The notes below the pieces were generated by a model. That model was not told where the DNA came from. It saw only the letters and a list, made by a program, of their open reading frames with translations, and made no database searches. Below, piece after piece: positions 57,948 to 64,000 of a stretch of DNA of 64,000 bases (its first letter is position 1; every line of letters begins with the position of its first letter). The stretch comes from Candidatus Rariloculaceae bacterium (GTDB lineage: Bacteria > Pseudomonadota > Gammaproteobacteria > Steroidobacterales > Rariloculaceae), in the NCBI GenBank assembly GCA_045561055.1, contig JBJKYL010000010.1, positions 198,681-262,680 of the forward strand, given 5' to 3'. Made by a program: the position numbers and the translations under genes.

Positions 57948-58051
57948 CAATAAATAGCTAAGTGTATGTCTGAGTCTCATTCATTTGTTGCAATCCTTCA
58001 TATCATTACCGTCGTTGAAGAAGATAACGATGCCCTCAACGGACGTAACGT

Positions 58052-58558
58052 GTGATAAGGCTAGTATTCTTAATGTCACTGATTTGCGGCGTCATGGGTG
58101 TGTCGGCTGAAACCGCCTATGTCACAGACATATTGCTTTTGGGGCTGCACGAGGCTGAGGATACGAGCGGTCAGCCGTTTAGGAACCTTGAAAGTGGTGC
58201 TGAGCTTAATGTGCTGGAGCGCGTCAGTGATTACGCACTAGTTCAAACGGCAGATGGCGAACAGGGTTGGGTTAAGTCTGCGTATCTCGTTGCGGACAAA
58301 CCAGCCCGCCTTAGACTAACCGAGGTAGAAGCCTTGCTCGAGATTATGCGTAATGAACTTATCGCTGCTCAGGACGCGGAATCCCATATGATGGAGGGCG
58401 ATTCCTACGAAGCCCTGATGTACAAATACCGCGGCAGCGTACCAATATTGTGGGTAGTTGCAGCGCTTGTTGTTGTGATGGCTTCTGGATTCCTTGCCGG
58501 AATGTGGTGCCTCGACGCGCTGATTCGCCGCCGACATGGCGGGTTCAGGATTTATTGA
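58052..58558 (+). CDS. SH3-domain membrane protein (YgiM/TIGR04211-like)
   Basis: The ORF is 168 aa with a GTG start and a signal peptide. It has a bacterial SH3 block (YVTD...LNVLERVSDYALVQTADGEQGWVKSAYL), a coiled segment and a C-terminal TM segment. Confidence 0.7.
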   Translation: MIRLVFLMSLICGVMGVSAETAYVTDILLLGLHEAEDTSGQPFRNLESGAELNVLERVSDYALVQTADGEQGWVKSAYLVADKPARLRLTEVEALLEIMRNELIAAQDAESHMMEGDSYEALMYKYRGSVPILWVVAALVVVMASGFLAGMWCLDALIRRRHGGFRIY

Positions 58559-59162
58559 CGGCCGTTCTCTGAAAGAACCGGCTTAGCCAATCTTTAGCTC
58601 TGAAGCTGAGCAATACGATGAGGACAAATGTGTAGACCAAAGGCTCTACGGTCGTGATCTTGACCTGCCAAAAAAAATGTATGATGCCGAGTGAGCTTAT
58701 CACATAGATTAATCGATGCAGTTTTTGCCAACGTTTGCCGAGCCTTCGTTGCATAGAGTTTGTAGAGGTAATAGCGAGTGGTACGAGTAGTATCAGTGCA
58801 GCAACGCCGACTGTTATATACGGGCGTTGAGTTACATCGGCGAAAAATATCGGCCAAACAAGTTGCAGATCTAGCGCGACGTAGGTGGTGGCGTGCAGCA
58901 GTACATATGCGAACACGGCAAGACCAAGCACTCGGCGCAGTGCGGTTAACCATTTCAGGCCCGTCAGCTTTCGTAATGGTGTGATGGCCAGTGTGATTAG
59001 CAGCAAGTTCAGCCCCGTTTTACCGAGTGTATGCAGAATTTCTTGGATAGGATTAGCGCCGAGGTTGCCATAGCCGAATGCGCGCGCGGCCAGCAGAACT
59101 AAAGGCAAACCAGAGGCAAGTATTACTAACGCTTTTATTAGCGTAAGCCTGCCGCGTGTCAT
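58545..59162 (-). CDS. msrQ: protein-methionine-sulfoxide reductase heme-binding subunit MsrQ (YedZ)
   Basis: The 205-aa six-TM ferric-reductase-like protein has conserved His residues and lies directly downstream of msrP. Confidence 0.85.
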   Translation of the reverse strand: MTRGRLTLIKALVILASGLPLVLLAARAFGYGNLGANPIQEILHTLGKTGLNLLLITLAITPLRKLTGLKWLTALRRVLGLAVFAYVLLHATTYVALDLQLVWPIFFADVTQRPYITVGVAALILLVPLAITSTNSMQRRLGKRWQKLHRLIYVISSLGIIHFFWQVKITTVEPLVYTFVLIVLLSFRAKDWLSRFFQRTAVNKS

Positions 59163-59171
59163 GAGAGACAG

Positions 59172-60167
59172 CTAGTAATTTGCTCGTAGGTCGAGGTTAG
59201 CGTAGAGATGACTGACCTCTTCCCCATAGCCGTTAAACATCAAAGTTGGAATACGCGAAGAAAACAAGCCGCCGCCGAGTGGCCGCTCAGATGCCTGGCT
59301 CCAACGCGGATGGTCAACCTCTGGATTAACGTTGGAATAGAATCCGTACTCGCGGGCGTTGGCCATATTCCAACTCGTTGCGGGCTGGGTCTCCGAAAAA
59401 CGGATACCAACGATTGATTTGATGCTTTTGAAACCATACTTCCACGGCACTATGAGCCGCAGGGGTGCGCCATTCTGATTTGGCAGAACGCTTCCATAGA
59501 CACCGACTGTGGCTAGTGTCAGGGGATGCATAGCCTCAGCGATGGTTAGTCCTTCGCGATATGGCCACTGTAGTACTGGCCGTCGCACGCCTGGCATCTG
59601 GTTCGGATCATTCAGTGTGAAGAACTGGACATATTTAGCACGCGACGTTGGGTTGAACCGTTTAAGTAGCCGTTCGAGCGGAAACCCTACCCACGGTACT
59701 ACCATCGACCACGCTTCTACGCAGCGAAAGCGGTAGATTCTCTCCTCGAGAGAATAGGGGTTGATCAAATCCTCAAGTCCATAGGTACCGGTATGTTCGG
59801 CTTCTCCGTCTACGGTCACCGTCCACGGATGGGGCTCTAGCGTGTGGGCGTTTCGTGCTGGATCGGTTTTGCCGGTGCCGAATTCGTAGTAGTTATTGTA
59901 TCCGGTCACATCCTCGTAGGCAGTGGTAGCGAGATCGAGACTGTTCGGCCACTGTGTCACGTTTTCCAATATGCCGTCAGCTGGGAAAGGTGGTTTTCGT
60001 TCTAGGAGAGCTTCAGTTGCTAAATCCTGTAGATTTTGCGGAAAAGCGGTAGCTGCGGGGATTAGTCCCAGCACGGCGAATGATTTCACAAATTCGCGAC
60101 GCTTCACAAAAATCGACTCAGGAGTTATTTCGGAAGGCTTAATGTCGGATGGTTGTTTGATTAGCAT
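59172..60167 (-). CDS. msrP: protein-methionine-sulfoxide reductase catalytic subunit MsrP (YedY), Tat-exported molybdoenzyme
   Basis: The ORF is 331 aa with the Tat motif KRREFVKSF. It also has the YNNYYEFG and RFRCVEAWS blocks typical of YedY. Confidence 0.92.
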   Translation of the reverse strand: MLIKQPSDIKPSEITPESIFVKRREFVKSFAVLGLIPAATAFPQNLQDLATEALLERKPPFPADGILENVTQWPNSLDLATTAYEDVTGYNNYYEFGTGKTDPARNAHTLEPHPWTVTVDGEAEHTGTYGLEDLINPYSLEERIYRFRCVEAWSMVVPWVGFPLERLLKRFNPTSRAKYVQFFTLNDPNQMPGVRRPVLQWPYREGLTIAEAMHPLTLATVGVYGSVLPNQNGAPLRLIVPWKYGFKSIKSIVGIRFSETQPATSWNMANAREYGFYSNVNPEVDHPRWSQASERPLGGGLFSSRIPTLMFNGYGEEVSHLYANLDLRANY

Positions 60168-60438
60168 GGTAACTCTCGGCTTGCTTACCAGAGGAACTTC
60201 GACGAAGTCTTACAATGGTGCAACTCTAGGTGACAAATGGCTACCCCCTATTAACGGCAAGCCGCGAACTTACTATCTTCCCGCAGACTAAAATAGTGTC
60301 GCTGGTATTCAGGTGTCGTGGCCTGCGCGCTCGGATTAGATCTTTTGGTGATATCCGCTACAATGATGGTACTAAAAAATAGTACTAAAAATGCATCCAG
60401 AAAAAACGGGTGTTTCTTTCTTGCAATTTTAATATTAG

Positions 60439-60786
<348 letters not shown>

Positions 60787-60795
60787 GAGTTCAGT

Positions 60796-62085
60796 ATGAA
60801 AACATTAACAAGAATATTGGCTTTAGTTACGACAATTGCGGTGTGGCCAGCGACAGCGTCCGCTCAGGCTATAGACAGTGGGGATACTGCTTGGATGCTT
60901 ACATCCACGGCGCTCGTATTGTTCATGACACTTCCCGGCCTCGCGCTTTTTTACGGTGGCCTTGTCCGTCGACGTAATGCGTTGTCTGTGCTCATGCAGT
61001 GCTTTGCCATTGCCTGTGTAATGTCGGTTATCTGGGTAGTTATCGGCTATAGCATGTCGTTCAGTGAGGGCATCCTCGGTAATCTAGTCGGTGGGTTTTC
61101 GGCAGCGATGTTGTCTGGCATTACCTTCGACTCGGTAAGCGGAACGATGCCGGAGACCGTGTTCGTTATGTTCCAGATGACTTTTGCAATTATTACGCCT
61201 GCGCTGATCGTGGGAGCGTTCGCTGAGCGCATGCGATTTTCTGCGCTACTGTTGTTTACTAGTCTTTGGATTGCCTTCGTTTATTTTCCAGTCGCACATT
61301 GGATCTGGGGTGGTGGTTGGTTAGCTGAGATGGGTTTCCGCGATTTCGCTGGTGGTGCTGTTGTGCATGTTACAGCGGGTGTCGCAGCGCTTGTCGCAGC
61401 ACTTGTCATAGGTAATCGGCGTGGATTCCCGGATACGCCGATGCCGCCACATAACCTAACGATGACAGTTACGGGCGCATGCATGCTCTGGGTTGGGTGG
61501 TTTGGCTTTAACGCTGGTAGCGCAGTAGCTGCCGATGGTGCGGCTGGAATGGCCATGCTTGTCACTCATATCAGTGCTGCGGTAGCGTCGTTGACATGGA
61601 TGGCAGCCGAGTGGATCAAGTTTGGTAAACCTAGCGTTCTAGGCATCGTAACGGGAATGGTAGCAGGGCTGGCGACCATTACGCCTGCCTCTGGTTATGT
61701 GGGCCCTTCGGGTGCGCTTGTGATTGGCCTGGCAGCTGGTTCAGGCTGCTTCCTCGCAACACAGTTCATGAAAAGGAAGCTTAAAATCGATGACTCCCTG
61801 GATGTATTTTCGGTTCATGGTATCGGCGGCATGATCGGCCTGTTATTAACGGGGGTGTTTTCAGCAACCTCTTGGGGTGGCGTTGGCTTGGACGAAGGTG
61901 TTGGCATTGGCGGACACGTCTGGATACAACTTGTAGGGATACTCGCGGTTACGGCATGGTGCGCTATCGCAAGTGGTGTATTGCTGAAGTTAATCGACGC
62001 AATCGTGCCGCTTCGTGTCTCGGCTGAGGAAGAAACTGATGGCTTGGACCTCGTGCTGCACGAGGAGAGCGGCTACAACCTCTAG
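60796..62085 (+). CDS. amtB: ammonium transporter AmtB
   Basis: The ORF is 429 aa with a signal peptide and 11 TM segments, plus the DFAGGAVVH and GFNAGS blocks and twin-His contexts. Confidence 0.95.
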   Translation: MKTLTRILALVTTIAVWPATASAQAIDSGDTAWMLTSTALVLFMTLPGLALFYGGLVRRRNALSVLMQCFAIACVMSVIWVVIGYSMSFSEGILGNLVGGFSAAMLSGITFDSVSGTMPETVFVMFQMTFAIITPALIVGAFAERMRFSALLLFTSLWIAFVYFPVAHWIWGGGWLAEMGFRDFAGGAVVHVTAGVAALVAALVIGNRRGFPDTPMPPHNLTMTVTGACMLWVGWFGFNAGSAVAADGAAGMAMLVTHISAAVASLTWMAAEWIKFGKPSVLGIVTGMVAGLATITPASGYVGPSGALVIGLAAGSGCFLATQFMKRKLKIDDSLDVFSVHGIGGMIGLLLTGVFSATSWGGVGLDEGVGIGGHVWIQLVGILAVTAWCAIASGVLLKLIDAIVPLRVSAEEETDGLDLVLHEESGYNL

Positions 62086-62101
62086 AGAGTTATCTATCGG
62101 T

Positions 62102-62129
62102 GGGGGCTTGAGTATCATCTTGAGCCCCC
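62102..62129 (+). terminator. possible terminator hairpin after amtB
   Basis: GGGGGCTTGAG-TATCAT-CTTGAGCCCCC forms an 11-bp stem including two G:U pairs. No clear U-tract follows, so the call is weak. Confidence 0.35.
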
Positions 62130-62320
62130 GCCAGGGTTTGGTTCGCAGCTCAGTTCCATTACATACGTGGGTAGTGTGGTGATATCTAAGTCTCTGCTCG
62201 GCTGCCTTACAATCTCGCCTTTTGTTGGAACGCTATAGTGGCTAGCGGCTGCAAAAGATCTGTACTAACGAGTAACAGCTAGCCTAGTTAGATCGTTTGT
62301 TGTGCTGAATACAGCGGTTA

Positions 62321-63505
62321 TCATTCAGATGGAAAATAACGGAAGCGGTGTCTGAATCGAACAGGTGATGTTGCTACAGGTTCTCCGGCAATGAGGCGAG
62401 GCCTGAAATAACTCTCTATCAGGCGTTGCTGATAGAGGTTTTCCATTAAATTTGGCGGTGTCGCTTCGATGATTATAACGTTGCGAGCAAGACCACCGGC
62501 AGTGATCTCGAACTCCGCAGCTATCGTCCCCCAGGCATAAGTAGAAATGCCGGGCTTCCTGTCGACGGGGCTAGCGGGAGGAATAAAATTGATGAGTGCG
62601 GGTTTTGCAAAGAGGGCTTCCGCGGCAGCGGCATTGTCCACCGCTAACGTTGCGTATGCCTCCTGGTACCGGGAAATACTAGTTTCCGCCCTTCCGGTCG
62701 CCAGCTCATAATCTCCTAGCACAGCTAGCGATAGGGCACGCTCGTGAGTGGAATAGTCGGATCCGAGCTCTAGCAGTTCCTCGAGTCGGCGGCGAGCTGA
62801 AGTTTTTTTCCCGGAGAAAGTATCGATACGAACGAGCTCCCGGAGAGGCTTGAGTTGCTCGCTCGCTCGCTCGTCGAGGTGGATCTCGAGAATGTCTATG
62901 ACGTCCTGATAGGATTCGCGCGCCTTCGTGCGCATTCTAGATAGCTCATAATATTCAGCGAGGCGATAGTAGAAAGGAATGATTTCAAGGTGTTCTCTTC
63001 CGAAATAGCGGCGCGCTATATTTAGATTCTCTTCTTGGAGCTCTAGTGCGCTGCGCGTGTTTCCCATGGCCTGATAAGCTTTACTCATTTCATTGATGAT
63101 GAGAGTTTGTTCCGTACTGAAAAGTCCGTAGTTCCGTTGGTGTATGTGTCGCGCGTGCTCCAATACCGTCAGCGTTTCGGCATGTTGACCTAGTTGTACG
63201 TAGATCGCGGCAAGCTGCCGGTATGGGCCGATTAATTGCGGAGAGAATTCACCGCTTTCCTGTATGAGAAGCTCGATTCCCTGTAAATAGGCCGTTTCCG
63301 CAGCCTCGAACTCATTGAGGCCTATCTGAAGTGAGCCGAGATTGAACGCTGCCCGCGTATCGTCAGTACGGTCAGCATATGTTGGGTTAGATGGTGTTGC
63401 TTTATTGCCATTGACTGATTGCTGCCCAAATCCTAGCTTGGTTGTACTCCCTAAGCCGATGCCGATAGTGATCAGCAAGAAAGATCTGAGAGCGTCCGAG
63501 GTCAC
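62321..63505 (-). CDS. exported TPR-repeat protein with TonB-C-like C-terminal domain
   Basis: The ORF is 394 aa with a signal peptide and several TPR-like helical pairs. The C-terminal about 80 aa (GTIAAEFEITAGGLARNVIIIEATPPNL...) resemble the TonB C-terminal fold. Confidence 0.55.
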   Translation of the reverse strand: MTSDALRSFLLITIGIGLGSTTKLGFGQQSVNGNKATPSNPTYADRTDDTRAAFNLGSLQIGLNEFEAAETAYLQGIELLIQESGEFSPQLIGPYRQLAAIYVQLGQHAETLTVLEHARHIHQRNYGLFSTEQTLIINEMSKAYQAMGNTRSALELQEENLNIARRYFGREHLEIIPFYYRLAEYYELSRMRTKARESYQDVIDILEIHLDERASEQLKPLRELVRIDTFSGKKTSARRRLEELLELGSDYSTHERALSLAVLGDYELATGRAETSISRYQEAYATLAVDNAAAAEALFAKPALINFIPPASPVDRKPGISTYAWGTIAAEFEITAGGLARNVIIIEATPPNLMENLYQQRLIESYFRPRLIAGEPVATSPVRFRHRFRYFPSE

Positions 63506-63508
63506 TCT

Positions 63509-64000
63509 TTAAGGTAGATAATGGAAGGTAAAGTTTCGCGCCAGTCCGCGCGCCCACACGATTTCTCCATCGACCATTCGTGGCCGGAAGCGAGACCGAC
63601 CGAGCGCTCGTACTGTGGAGACATCTTTAAGTCCTGGTGGAACGGATTCGACCACAGCCACATTTCGGGTTCTCCCCCTTTCGTCGACGTCGAACGTCAC
63701 CAATACTTTTCCGGGCAAGACACCCGGCTCGTCCGGGTCACTTAGACCGCGATTACTTGGGTTTTCGCGAAACACATAGCGCGGGTTTTCGAACCACCGG
63801 CTTTGTATTTCATCACTATCCTCGAGCTCGTCTAGTAGGGCCCATGCTTGACGGTATTCTTCACCGGTTCCGCCGTTGATGCTGAATGCAGTATTCCAGT
63901 CACCGATATCAATGAGAAGCTCGGCGAGAATTCGTGGATTCGTATCGGCTTGATCCTGGGCGATTTCTAACGCCTGGCGAAGCGCCGAGACCCCGCGCCC
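63509..64000 (-). CDS. paralogous TPR/TonB-C-like protein (partial, 5' end beyond window)
   Basis: I translated the frame by hand and it stays open from 63775 up to the window edge (...ALRQALEIAQDQADTNPRILAELLIDIGDW...). The C-terminus is VLVTFDVDERGRTRNVAVVESVPPGL...RPRMVDGE. The tracked ORF shows only the last 88 aa from an internal GTG. Confidence 0.55.
   Translation of the reverse strand, partial: GRGVSALRQALEIAQDQADTNPRILAELLIDIGDWNTAFSINGGTGEEYRQAWALLDELEDSDEIQSRWFENPRYVFRENPSNRGLSDPDEPGVLPGKVLVTFDVDERGRTRNVAVVESVPPGLKDVSTVRALGRSRFRPRMVDGEIVWARGLARNFTFHYLP

Overview
This 64 kb chromosomal segment reads like an environmental or marine gammaproteobacterium. Supporting genes are tatC, a POT peptide transporter, lipoprotein DsbA, divergent engB/polA, yadGH, exeA/gspB, fadE, mdh, gshA, msrPQ and glnK-amtB. 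GC is roughly 50% by eye and was not computed. About 55 protein genes are supported. I recognised no rRNA, tRNA, CRISPR array, IS element or phage gene. Most of the window is housekeeping.

Four regions stand out:
1. 35.9-43.0 kb holds a seven-gene, entirely exported locus. It is built around four paralogous proteins whose predicted mature N-terminus is His-His. Each has a DUF6152-like N-domain fused to an uncharacterised domain of about 230 aa. The locus also encodes a secreted alpha/beta hydrolase, a small Pro-rich membrane protein and a Tat-exported aldo/keto reductase. Two of the paralogs form a partly near-identical tandem duplication, and two carry hexanucleotide microsatellites. This is my best candidate for an undescribed system.
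2. 8.4-16.7 kb is a translationally coupled, Bacteroidetes/Xanthomonas-style arginine operon (argR-argG-X-argC-argD-argF'-argB-argH-lptM). Gene X is an uncharacterised BioD/DUF1611-like P-loop protein. It sits where an acyl-glutamate synthase or acyl-citrulline deacylase would be expected.
3. 53.6-55.9 kb is a compact sigma-54 module. A PAS-PAS-AAA+-HTH activator is divergent from a near-consensus -24/-12 promoter, with three CGGA-N-TCCG palindromes between them. The promoter drives a single small secreted protein.
4. 29.3-30.8 kb holds two translationally coupled, membrane-anchored paralogs. One has a lysine-rich tail encoded by a 45-bp tandem repeat.

All functional calls rest on motif recognition and recall of families, because no database search was possible.
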